A program made the translations under genes and the position numbers. Below the pieces are notes generated by a model. It searched no databases. It had not been told where the DNA came from and saw only the letters and a program-made list of their open reading frames with translations. A stretch of 43,256 nucleotides of DNA from an uncultured Chthoniobacter sp. (lineage in GTDB: Bacteria > Verrucomicrobiota > Verrucomicrobiia > Chthoniobacterales > Terrimicrobiaceae), in assembly GCA_964601115.1 (NCBI GenBank), contig CAZRLX010000002.1:1-43256 (forward strand). Direction: 5' to 3'. The stretch's first letter is position 1; each line of letters starts with the position of its first letter. This document shows positions 17,041 through 25,874 of the stretch, in pieces.

Positions 17041-18103
17041 TCCCGACGGCGCGGGCCGCCAGAACGAGGTGCGAGGAGGGATCGACCTTCCGCATGCGCT
17101 GGACGGCATCCGCAAGGGGAGCGTCGACGGTGCGGTGGTCCCTGTGGCCGACCATAGTGCCGAATTTTCCCTCGGCCACGAGTTCCACCGCGCGCACGCC
17201 GAAGCAGGTCGCGAGGATGCGGTCGGTCATGGTCGGGGCGCCACCACGTTGGAGGTGGCCGAGGACGCAGGTGCGGACATCGCGGCTGGTGCGGGCGGTT
17301 ATTTCCCTGGCGAGCACATCCGAGATGCCACCGAGGCGTTTGTCACCCGAAGCCGAGCGCTGGCGGAATTGTCTGCCTGAGAGGGGGGCGGCCCCCTCGG
17401 CCGCGACGATCATGGTGCAGGCGGCTCCCTCCTTGTCACGGCGTTGGACCTCGGCGACGATCCTGTCAAAGTCGAACGGGATTTCGGGAATCAAAATGAT
17501 GTCCGCCCCTCCAGCGACGCCGCCGTGGAGGGCGATCCAGCCGGCATGGCGACCCATGGCCTCGAGAACCATGACGCGCTTGTGGCTCGTGGCGGTGGTG
17601 TGGAGGCGGTCGAGGGCAGAACCCACGCACTCCACGGCTGAGTCGAAGCCGAAGGTCATGGCCGTGGCCTCGAGGTCGTTGTCGATTGTTTTCGGAACGC
17701 CGACAACCGGCATGCCCGCCTGGTGGAGTTGGAGGGCAGTGTTGAGGGATCCGTCTCCGCCGACCACGATGAGTCCGCGCAGGTTGAGTTCCTCGAAGGT
17801 GCGGCGTGTTCTTCCGATGATTTCGGGCGGGATGAAACCTGTATTTCTGGGGCCGCCGCGGGAGATGAAGTGACCCCGATTCACCGTGCCCAGAATGGTG
17901 CCGCCGGTGTGCATGATGCCCGAGGTTTCCTTGCGGTTGAGGAGGCGAGGAGGAATGCCGGAGATGAGGCCCTCGAAGCCGTCGCAAAACCCGAGAAGCT
18001 CCCAGCCCCTTTTTTCTGCGCAGCGGCTGGCTGCGGTGATGACAGCGTTGAGGCCCGGGCAGTCGCCTCCGCTTGTTAGAATGCCGACGCGGGTGGTTTG
18101 CAT
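17024..18103 (-). CDS. pfkA: 6-phosphofructokinase (ATP-type signature)
   Basis: 359 aa. Motifs are GILTSGGDCPGLNAVI, VVGGDGSLN (Gly at the ATP/PPi discriminating site), PKTIDNDL and EAMGRHAGWIAL. Confidence 0.9.
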   Translation of the reverse strand: MQTTRVGILTSGGDCPGLNAVITAASRCAEKRGWELLGFCDGFEGLISGIPPRLLNRKETSGIMHTGGTILGTVNRGHFISRGGPRNTGFIPPEIIGRTRRTFEELNLRGLIVVGGDGSLNTALQLHQAGMPVVGVPKTIDNDLEATAMTFGFDSAVECVGSALDRLHTTATSHKRVMVLEAMGRHAGWIALHGGVAGGADIILIPEIPFDFDRIVAEVQRRDKEGAACTMIVAAEGAAPLSGRQFRQRSASGDKRLGGISDVLAREITARTSRDVRTCVLGHLQRGGAPTMTDRILATCFGVRAVELVAEGKFGTMVGHRDHRTVDAPLADAVQRMRKVDPSSHLVLAARAVGISFGD

Positions 18104-18107
18104 CCGC

Positions 18108-19049
18108 TTAGAGGGCGTTCGAGGGTTTCACGGGACGGCCTTCGGCCGCCCAAGCATCATAGAGTCCCCAGCCTTGGCGAACGAGGTTCAATCCGTCGCG
18201 GAAGCGGTCTGGGGAGCGCAGGAGGACGACGCTGATGCGGCGCGGGGTGATGAGCACCTGTTCGCCCTCCCGACGAGATTCGGGAGCCTGTTGGGAGGAA
18301 AGAACCAAGCAATCGCCAGCTTTGCGGGTGCGTCCGGTTTTCACGCCGTCGATGCCCGCCTGGCCAAGGAGTTCATTGGTGTTCCGAATCTCGTGGGTGT
18401 GGTCGACTCCATTGCGGAAGATATGAATCTGGCGGGATTTTTGCTCCACGTAGAAGGCGAACGAGGCCTTTTGCATCGCATGGCGGGTGAGCCTGGCCAT
18501 GTCTCCGGCGGTCGAGTGGGGGGTGGCGGTATCGGTGCGATGGTCGGCACCAGTGGGGTTGAGGAAGAGGGTGCGCTTCATGAGGAGATTTCTGGCGAGG
18601 GCATTCATCTGGGCGACGAAATTTTCGCGGGGAGCAAGGTTGTTAGGGTTGGGAATCTTCGCGCCGATGTGTGCCGCGAGGGTGTTTGCCGAGACATTGT
18701 CGGAGGCCAGCAGGGCGCAGTAGATCAGGTCGCGTATGCTCAGGGAGTCGCCCGGTTGGAGGCCGATCGGATTGGCGAGTCCGTCGGAGGTGGCGTCCAA
18801 CGGCACGACCACTTGATCCGCGAGATTGACGTTGTGGAGTTCCGCCCAATCGAGGGCGACAATGGCGGTGGCGATTTTTGTGAGGCTGGCGACGGGGAGT
18901 TTTTTGTCGGGATTTTTGGATGCCAGGATTCTGCCGGTTTGGTTGTCGAAGATGACATGGCTTTCCTGGGCGGCGCAAAGCGAGGCGCTGACGAGAATCG
19001 CCAGAAGGGCAAGCGGCTTTCGGAAACGATTGGCGGGATTTGGCTGCAT
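18108..19049 (-). CDS. D-alanyl-D-alanine carboxypeptidase (S11 / PBP5-type)
   Basis: The start is ATG 19047-19049 with signal peptide MQPNPANRFRKPLALLAILVSASLCAAQ. The motifs are SxxK (ASLTK), SxN (ASDN) and KTG (VKTGRT). Confidence 0.85.
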   Translation of the reverse strand: MQPNPANRFRKPLALLAILVSASLCAAQESHVIFDNQTGRILASKNPDKKLPVASLTKIATAIVALDWAELHNVNLADQVVVPLDATSDGLANPIGLQPGDSLSIRDLIYCALLASDNVSANTLAAHIGAKIPNPNNLAPRENFVAQMNALARNLLMKRTLFLNPTGADHRTDTATPHSTAGDMARLTRHAMQKASFAFYVEQKSRQIHIFRNGVDHTHEIRNTNELLGQAGIDGVKTGRTRKAGDCLVLSSQQAPESRREGEQVLITPRRISVVLLRSPDRFRDGLNLVRQGWGLYDAWAAEGRPVKPSNAL

Positions 19050-19190
19050 GGGGGCGGACGATAACGGCGCGCAAGTGGGAGTTCCAACCATTTTCAAAAC
19101 CGCCCTCTGCCTATGGAAAGGAGCTGCATCGGTCGGCGATGGCGAGAAAAAGCTGGTTCAACCCGGTGGGGGAAATGGTATGCAGGCCGC

Positions 19191-20153
19191 ATGAGAATTC
19201 TGTCGGGCGTCCAGCCCTCCGGCACGCCGCATCTCGGCAATTATTTCGGCATGATGAAACCCGCGATCGAGTTGCAGGAGCGGGGCGAGGCGTTTTATTT
19301 CATCGCCGACCTGCATGCATTAACCACGGTGCGGGACGCCCGGGTTTTGCGGGAGAATGTGATGAATCTGGCGTTGGATTTCCTTGCTTGCGGGTTGGAC
19401 CCGGCGCGGGCGGTGTTTTTCCGTCAATCCGACGTGCCGCAGGTGACCGAGTTGGCTTGGATTTTGAGCACGGTGACGCCGATGGGGTTGCTCGAGCGGT
19501 GCCATTCCTTCAAGGACAAGATGGCCCGCGGGTTGCCCGCCTCGCATGGGTTGTTTTCGTATCCGGTGCTGATGGCTGCCGACATCCTGCTTTACGACTC
19601 CGACCTTGTGCCTGTTGGGAAGGATCAGAAGCAGCACCTTGAGGTCACGCGGGACATTGCGGCCAAGGTGAACGAGATTTACGGAGAGGTGTTCAAATTG
19701 CCCGAGGCGTGCATTCGCGAGGACGGGGCGGTGGTGCCCGGGGTGGACGGGGCGAAGATGAGCAAGAGTTACGAGAACACGATCGAGATGTTCGCGCCCG
19801 AGAAGGTCCTGCGGAAAAAAATCATGGGAATCAAAACGGACTCCACTCCCGTTGAGGCTCCCAAGCCGCTGGAGGGGTCGGTGATCTTGGAACTCTACAA
19901 GCTTGTGGCATCGCCCGGCGACGTGCGGTCGATGATCGAGGGGTTCGAGGCCGGCGGGACAGGTTACGGGGATTTCAAGAAGCGGTTGTTTGATGCCGTG
20001 TGGAGTCATTTCGAGCCCATGAGGCGGAGGCGTGACGAGTTGGCTGCCGATCCCGGATATGTCGACAAGGTGTTGGCGGAGGGAGCAGAGAGGGCGCTGG
20101 AGGCCGCCGAGAGGGTGATCGGTCGGGTGCGGCAGGCGGTGGGATTGCGGTAG
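19191..20153 (+). CDS. trpS: tryptophan--tRNA ligase
   Basis: The start is ATG 19191, reading MRILSGVQPSGTPHLGNYFG (HIGH-type motif). The KMSKS motif is present. Length is 320 aa. The track ORF is over-extended to 19113. Confidence 0.95.
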   Translation: MRILSGVQPSGTPHLGNYFGMMKPAIELQERGEAFYFIADLHALTTVRDARVLRENVMNLALDFLACGLDPARAVFFRQSDVPQVTELAWILSTVTPMGLLERCHSFKDKMARGLPASHGLFSYPVLMAADILLYDSDLVPVGKDQKQHLEVTRDIAAKVNEIYGEVFKLPEACIREDGAVVPGVDGAKMSKSYENTIEMFAPEKVLRKKIMGIKTDSTPVEAPKPLEGSVILELYKLVASPGDVRSMIEGFEAGGTGYGDFKKRLFDAVWSHFEPMRRRRDELAADPGYVDKVLAEGAERALEAAERVIGRVRQAVGLR

Positions 20154-20213
20154 GGCGGGATGCGGGTCGACAAGCCCGATGCGCGTCGGTAGGGTGCGCG
20201 CGTGTTATCTCGC

Positions 20214-20813
20214 ATGAACAATTTCCGGATCACTGCCACGAAGGCGTTGATAGGCGTCAATGTGTTGGTGTTTGTCTTCGCGGAGATGCTCGACCGTCGC
20301 GGGAGGATCATCGTGGACGACCTGTTCGGCTTGAGCGGTGAGGGGTTGTTGTCGGGGATGGTCTGGCAACCGGTGACCTACCAGTTTGTGCACGCGGGCT
20401 TTTTCCATCTGTTGGTGAACATGCTCGGACTGTGGTTTGCCGGGAACATTCTCGAGCGATTGCTCGGCGTGCCGCGTTTTGTGCAATTGTATCTGATCTC
20501 GGGTGTGGCGGGCGGGTTGTTGCAGATGCTTTACGATTCCAACATCGTGCTTGTCGGGGCATCGGGGTCCGTGTGCGGGTTGATTGCGGCATTTTCCACG
20601 TTGTATCCGAGGATGCCGATCACGGCGTTGCTTTTTTTCGTGATTCCAGTGCGGATGCGGGCGATGTGGCTTGGGATCGGTGTGGTAGTGATTTCCACGA
20701 TACTGTTGGTCAGTGGAATGTTTGGAACCATCGGAAACGCGGCCCACATCGGCGGGGCGGTCGCGGGATTTGCCTGGGTGCGGATCGCGCGATACCGGCG
20801 GAGGATTTACTGA
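20214..20813 (+). CDS. rhomboid-family intramembrane serine protease
   Basis: It has six TM helices. The catalytic Ser motif is GASGSVCG and the catalytic His motif is AHIGGAVAG. A WQPVTYQFVHAGFFHLLVNM motif is also present. Confidence 0.88.
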   Translation: MNNFRITATKALIGVNVLVFVFAEMLDRRGRIIVDDLFGLSGEGLLSGMVWQPVTYQFVHAGFFHLLVNMLGLWFAGNILERLLGVPRFVQLYLISGVAGGLLQMLYDSNIVLVGASGSVCGLIAAFSTLYPRMPITALLFFVIPVRMRAMWLGIGVVVISTILLVSGMFGTIGNAAHIGGAVAGFAWVRIARYRRRIY

Positions 20814-20840
20814 GACGCCGGCGTGTTGGGTGGAGGCGGG

Positions 20841-21986
20841 TCAGCGGGACCAGGTGGGTTCCGAGAGTTTGCCGAGGCCGCTGACAACCGGAGTGCGGCG
20901 GCCTTTCACAGTGTCCAGCAGGATGATGGATGATCCATCGCTGTAGATGATGTGGCGGGAGTCGGCTCCCCAGGAGGGGTCTTGGCCCTGTGCGAGAACA
21001 CGTGTCGATCCGGTGGCGAGGTCCATGACGGCGATGGAGAATCCGCCCTGTCTCACGGTGAAGGCGAGTTTTTTGCCATCGGGAGACCAGCTTGGTTCTG
21101 TGCAGTAGCCGAACCCAGTGGGAATGAGGCGTCCGGTGCCTCCTGCGGCACTGATGCGGTAGAGTTGTGGGCCGCCACGCTCGTCGGAGGAGTAGACGAT
21201 CTCGGATCCGTCGGGAGACCAGCTGGGAGAGGATTCCACGGCGCGGGTGCGGGTGACGCGGCGGGCGCCGCTACCGTTTGCGGAGGCGATGTAGAGTTCG
21301 GGATTGCCATCGCGGCTGAGCGTGCAGGCGATGCGCGAGCCATCCGGCGAGAACGACGCCCCTGAGTTTGTGCCCGGGAATTTGAGGATCGGGCGGCGGG
21401 AGCCGCTGGCGAGCTCGAGGAGATAGATATCCGCGTAGCCGCTCTGGTAGCCCGTGTAGGCGATACGGGAGGCGTCAGGCGAAATAGCCGGGGCGACGCT
21501 GATCGTGCCGTCGCGGGTCAATTGGGTTTGGTTGGCGCCATCGTAATCGGCGACGTAGATTTCCTTGGATCCAGTCCGGTTTGCCACGAAGGCGATCTTC
21601 GAGGTGGCGATGGAAGGGACGCCTGTGAGGGTTTCCACGATATCCTTGGCGAAATTGTGGGATGCCGAGCGGATGTTTCCAGAGTAGCTTTTTTGGAGCA
21701 TGGTGCCGCCGCGGTTGTCGGTGACGATGCCTTGGAGGAGACCTGATGTCGCGGTGGCCGAGACAACGAAGTTCGCGCGTTGGGCGATGCCGATCGAGAA
21801 CAGCCCCGAGAGGTCGAGGTCGTTTTGGACGATCTTCGAGGCGGTGGCGCCCTCCGAGCCGCCGAACGGCTGGATCGTGATGTTGATCGAGTCGCTTTTC
21901 TTAACGGTGATGGTGGTTTCCTGGGCGTTGGTGGCCATGGCGGCGAGCAGGAGGGGGATGACGGAAAGTAATCGGCGGAGTTTCAT
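20841..21986 (-). CDS. tolB: TolB-like periplasmic beta-propeller protein
   Basis: The start is ATG 21984-21986 with signal peptide MKLRRLLSVIPLLLAAMATNAQ. A TolB N-domain-like segment is followed by repeated PD40 blades (SPDGSRIA, SPDGSEIV, SPDGKKLAF). Confidence 0.8.
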   Translation of the reverse strand: MKLRRLLSVIPLLLAAMATNAQETTITVKKSDSINITIQPFGGSEGATASKIVQNDLDLSGLFSIGIAQRANFVVSATATSGLLQGIVTDNRGGTMLQKSYSGNIRSASHNFAKDIVETLTGVPSIATSKIAFVANRTGSKEIYVADYDGANQTQLTRDGTISVAPAISPDASRIAYTGYQSGYADIYLLELASGSRRPILKFPGTNSGASFSPDGSRIACTLSRDGNPELYIASANGSGARRVTRTRAVESSPSWSPDGSEIVYSSDERGGPQLYRISAAGGTGRLIPTGFGYCTEPSWSPDGKKLAFTVRQGGFSIAVMDLATGSTRVLAQGQDPSWGADSRHIIYSDGSSIILLDTVKGRRTPVVSGLGKLSEPTWSR

Positions 21987-22027
21987 AGGATGCGGATGGG
22001 TTCGCAAAGTTGGCGGCATTTGACAAG

Positions 22028-22852
22028 TCAGGAACTGAAGCGGCGTCCGACAGGAAAGCTGCCCAGCAGGGTGAGGGTGCGGGCTTGCCTGCGGGCGGCG
22101 GCAAGCGCGCGGGCGACAGGTTCCTCCGAGGCCGCCCCCTCGAGTTCTATATAAAAAACGTAAGTCTGCGGTTGGCCCGGAACCGGTCTGGAGATGATGC
22201 GGGTGAGGCTCACGTCCTGGCGTGCGAACGGGCCGAGAAATTTGTGAAGACTACCGCATTGGTTTTTGAGTTCGGCGACAAGGGCGGTGCGGTTGGATTT
22301 TGTGGAACGTGCCGGGGCGAGGGAGATCGTGAAGAAATTGGTGACATTCACCGCCGATGCGGGCTCCGGGATTTCAAGGACATCCAGCCCGTAGATTCCG
22401 GCGGCGCCGGGAGAGGCGAGGGCCGCCGCGGATCGTGATCCCGCCGCCTTCGCTGCCGCCTGTGTCGTGCTTGGGGCTGGAACCAGCCTTGCCTTGGGGT
22501 GGCGGGTTTTCAGCCATTCCCGGTGGTGGGTGATCTGGGTGAAATGCGAGTGGATGGCGCGCGGCACCACGCCCTTGTGGCCGAGAAGGGCGATGCGGAT
22601 GTCCAGAGATGGTTCCTCGGTAATGAAGACCTTGCCCTTGTGGCGAATGAGGAGGTCGATGGTGTCATGGACCGTGCCTCCGGAGGAATTCTCGACCGGC
22701 ACGAGTCCTGTGGCGCATTTGCCAGAGGTCACCGCCTCAAACACCGCATCGATCGCCGGGCAGGGCAGGAGGTCTTTTTTTTCGCCGAATCTCGCGCGAG
22801 CAAGAATCCACGAAAATGTTCCCTCGGGGCCCAGATAAGCAACGGCGTTCAT
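22028..22852 (-). CDS. pheA: prephenate dehydratase (PDT + ACT domains, no chorismate mutase domain)
   Basis: The start is ATG 22850-22852. Motifs are VAYLGPEGTFS, GLVPVENSSGGTV and TNFFTI. The ACT region has LTRIISRPV and YVFYIELEG. Confidence 0.88.
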   Translation of the reverse strand: MNAVAYLGPEGTFSWILARARFGEKKDLLPCPAIDAVFEAVTSGKCATGLVPVENSSGGTVHDTIDLLIRHKGKVFITEEPSLDIRIALLGHKGVVPRAIHSHFTQITHHREWLKTRHPKARLVPAPSTTQAAAKAAGSRSAAALASPGAAGIYGLDVLEIPEPASAVNVTNFFTISLAPARSTKSNRTALVAELKNQCGSLHKFLGPFARQDVSLTRIISRPVPGQPQTYVFYIELEGAASEEPVARALAAARRQARTLTLLGSFPVGRRFSS

Positions 22853-22953
22853 TCCAAGGGCATCCAAGCACACATCGCCCCCCCGGCGCAAACCCAAGGA
22901 AATCGAAATGAGCAGCCTGTTGCAGATCGCGACGTGTTTGATAGGTTGCGTGG

Positions 22954-24396
22954 ATGTTCCGCATCCTTCTGTTGGGGATTCTCATGTTTGCCACGGGTCT
23001 GCAGGCCTCGCGCATCACGGAAAGCGTGGTGAGGATCGAGGCAACGGCGTTGCAACCGAACTACAAGACGCCGTGGAACCCTGGGGATGTTATTTCCGGC
23101 GCGGGGACAGGGTTCGTGATCGCGGGGAATCGGATTATGACAAACGCCCATGTGGTGGGAAACGCCAGGTTTCTGACCGTATCGAAGGAAGGCGATCCGC
23201 AGCCGTGGATCGCGCGGGTGGCTCATGTCGCGCATGATTGCGACCTGGCGCTTCTGGAGGTCGAGCGAGCGGAGTTTTTTTCGGGAACGTCGCCGCTTGA
23301 GTTCGGCGGGATTCCCGCGATCGAGTCCATGGTTTCCGTCTACGGCTATCCGATCGGCGGGACGAGGCTGTCGGTGACGCGAGGGATTGTGTCGCGGATC
23401 GACTTCCAGACGTATTCGCACTCCGGGATGGACGCGCACTTGGCCGTGCAGATCGATGCGGCGATCAATCCCGGGAACAGCGGCGGGCCGGTCATGCAGG
23501 CCGGCAAGGTCGTGGGAGTCGCATTTCAGGGGTTCCGCGGTGATGTCGCCCAGAATGTCGGCTACATGATCCCGACGCCGGTGGTGGAGAGGTTTTTGAA
23601 AGATGTCGAGGACGGAAGGTATGACCGGTATGTGGATTTGGCGTTGACCTACGAGACGTTGTTCAACCCCGCTGCGCGAAAGGCGCTGGGCCTGGCGGAT
23701 GACAATCGCGGTGTGGTGGTCTCAAGTGTTTACGCCACGGGATCCTCGGACGGGGTTGTCGAACCGGGGGATGTGCTTTTGAAGATCGACGGGCTGGATA
23801 TTTCGAGTGACGGCACGATCCCGATCGATGCGAACGGGCCGGTGCCGTTGACCGAGGTGGTGGAGAGAAAATTCAAGGGCGATTCGGTTGAATTGGAGGT
23901 TCTTCGCGGGGGGAAACGAAAAACCTTGGTCGTGCCGCTCCATTCGCCGTGGCCGTTCACGCTGCAGGCCAGCGCCTATGATGAAAAGCCGCGTTTTGTG
24001 GTGTTTGGCGGGCTGGTGTTTCAGCCGGTCGACTGGAATTTCATGGAGGCTCACGAACCCGGTGACCAGCGGCTGAACTACATGTTCGACTACTTTGTCG
24101 AAGATGGGATTCACAAAACCATGAAGGAGCCGGTTGTGATCGGGAGCATCCTCCCCGATCCGGTGAACAGCTATGCCGGCGATTTCCTTCACTCCCCGGT
24201 CGAGTCGATCAACGGGGTGCGCATTCGCTCGATCGACGATGTCGCCGCGGCGTTTGCCAACCCTGTCGACTACCATGTGATTTCGCTCCATGGCGACCAG
24301 CGGCCGATCGTGCTCGAGCGCGAGCTTGTTGAGCAGGCGCGCCCGCGCATCCTTGAGCGATACGGAGTCACTTCGGAGCAAAACCTCGAAAAATGA
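22954..24396 (+). CDS. secreted Deg/HtrA-type trypsin-fold serine protease with PDZ-type C-terminal domains (catalytically intact)
   Basis: 480 aa with signal peptide MFRILLLGILMFATGLQA. The catalytic contexts are His TNAHVV, Asp DCDLALL and Ser NPGNSGGPV. A PDZ-like region (GDVLLKIDG) follows, then a second C-terminal domain. Confidence 0.88.
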   Translation: MFRILLLGILMFATGLQASRITESVVRIEATALQPNYKTPWNPGDVISGAGTGFVIAGNRIMTNAHVVGNARFLTVSKEGDPQPWIARVAHVAHDCDLALLEVERAEFFSGTSPLEFGGIPAIESMVSVYGYPIGGTRLSVTRGIVSRIDFQTYSHSGMDAHLAVQIDAAINPGNSGGPVMQAGKVVGVAFQGFRGDVAQNVGYMIPTPVVERFLKDVEDGRYDRYVDLALTYETLFNPAARKALGLADDNRGVVVSSVYATGSSDGVVEPGDVLLKIDGLDISSDGTIPIDANGPVPLTEVVERKFKGDSVELEVLRGGKRKTLVVPLHSPWPFTLQASAYDEKPRFVVFGGLVFQPVDWNFMEAHEPGDQRLNYMFDYFVEDGIHKTMKEPVVIGSILPDPVNSYAGDFLHSPVESINGVRIRSIDDVAAAFANPVDYHVISLHGDQRPIVLERELVEQARPRILERYGVTSEQNLEK

Positions 24397-25874
24397 ACAC
24401 TCACCGACTTTTTCCGGCTCTGCTTGTCATAACAATCGCCGCGCTGGCGCCCGCAATCGCCGATTCCGCGCCGTCCGCAAGTGGTCTCCGCCAGTCCGTC
24501 CTTCGCGTCAGTTCCACGAACCAGGCCTACGATTTTTTCCAGCCGTGGGTGAAAAAGGAACCCGCAAACCGGAGAGGAGTCGGAGCATTGATCGAGGGGG
24601 GGCGAATTCTGGTGACGGCCGAGTTGATCGAAAACGCGAATTTGATCGAACTTGAAAAAGTCGATGTGCCCGGGAAGGTGACGGCCACGATTGAGTTGGT
24701 GGACTTCGATTGCAACCTGGCGTTGTTGCGGCCGGATGATCCCGTGTTCCTCAAGGGGATGACGCCGCTTCGGATCGATTCCCCGTCGGTCAGTGGCGGC
24801 GAGGCCACTGTCGTGCAGGTCGAGCCGAACGGCGAGTTGGCCAAAACGACCGGCCGCATCACCTCCGTGACGATTGGAGGGTATCCGTTCATGAACCTCG
24901 GATTGCTTGTGTTCAAGCTGTCCGCGCCTGTTCAGCAGCGCGACTGGAGTTTCACTCTGCCGGTGGTGCGGAACGGGGCGCTGTGTGGGGTGTTGATGCG
25001 CTACGACAGCCGCAACCAGACGTCCGAGGTGATCCCGCCGGCGGTCATTTCGCATTTTCTGAAGGAGGCCGAGGGCGGGAACTATCGTGGGTTTGCACGT
25101 CTTGGGGTCTCATTTTCCCCGGTGCGTGATCCGCAATTCCGTCGCTATCTCGGGTTGGAGAACCCCGGGGGCATCTATGTCACGCAGGTCGCACCGGACA
25201 GTGCCGCGAGCAAGGGCGGGGTGCGCAAGGGCGATGTGATTCTGGCGGTGGATGGAATGGCACTCGACGAGGACGGAAACTACGACGACCCGGATTTTGG
25301 AAAAATCCTCTTCAGCCACCTGACAAACACCCGCAAGCACCCCGGCGATGTATGCGAGGTGCGGATTTTTCGCGACCGCAAGCCGATGACACTCAGCGTG
25401 CGCACCGAGGTGCCGGACGAGGGGAAAAGGCCCAGCGAGGCTTACAGTGGCGGGAAGCCGCCGAAATACGTTGTGTTGGGCGGGCTCGTGTTTCTGGAGC
25501 TTTCGCGGGATTACCTTCGCGAGTGGGGAGGGAACTGGCGGGACAAGGCGCCCCAGCGACTGGTCTATTTGGATGCCTTTCAGGATGAGTTGCCCGCTGA
25601 TCGCGGGAGGATTGTGATTTTGTCACAGGTTCTCCCCTCGCCGCGGACCATCGGATACGAGCACTTGGAAAACCTTGTGGTGTCGCGTGTGAACGGACGC
25701 GAGATCAAGAGTATCGAGGACCTTGCTGCCGCCGTCGGGCAGCCAGTCAACGGATTTCAGAGGATCGATTTCGAGGAGGATCCCAAGACGATTTTTCTCG
25801 ATGCGCAAGCAGTTGAGGAATCGAACTCCGAGCTGATGGAGCAATACGGGTTGCCTGCTTTGCAACGGTTGTGA
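24393..25874 (+). CDS. Deg/HtrA-like pseudoprotease paralogue (catalytic triad lost)
   Basis: 493 aa with signal peptide MNTHRLFPALLVITIAALAPAIA. It is collinear with the upstream protease, but the triad positions read VTAELI, DCNLALL and QQRDWSFTLPV. The PDZ region (GDVILAVDG) and the C-terminal domain are retained. An ATGA overlap joins it to the upstream gene. Confidence 0.85.
   Translation: MNTHRLFPALLVITIAALAPAIADSAPSASGLRQSVLRVSSTNQAYDFFQPWVKKEPANRRGVGALIEGGRILVTAELIENANLIELEKVDVPGKVTATIELVDFDCNLALLRPDDPVFLKGMTPLRIDSPSVSGGEATVVQVEPNGELAKTTGRITSVTIGGYPFMNLGLLVFKLSAPVQQRDWSFTLPVVRNGALCGVLMRYDSRNQTSEVIPPAVISHFLKEAEGGNYRGFARLGVSFSPVRDPQFRRYLGLENPGGIYVTQVAPDSAASKGGVRKGDVILAVDGMALDEDGNYDDPDFGKILFSHLTNTRKHPGDVCEVRIFRDRKPMTLSVRTEVPDEGKRPSEAYSGGKPPKYVVLGGLVFLELSRDYLREWGGNWRDKAPQRLVYLDAFQDELPADRGRIVILSQVLPSPRTIGYEHLENLVVSRVNGREIKSIEDLAAAVGQPVNGFQRIDFEEDPKTIFLDAQAVEESNSELMEQYGLPALQRL

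Noticed and set aside
19050-19190. Possible T-box or attenuator leader upstream of trpS
   Set aside because: There is no specifier-loop or T-box consensus and no terminator/antiterminator pair. The region also serves as the divergent promoter for the carboxypeptidase gene.
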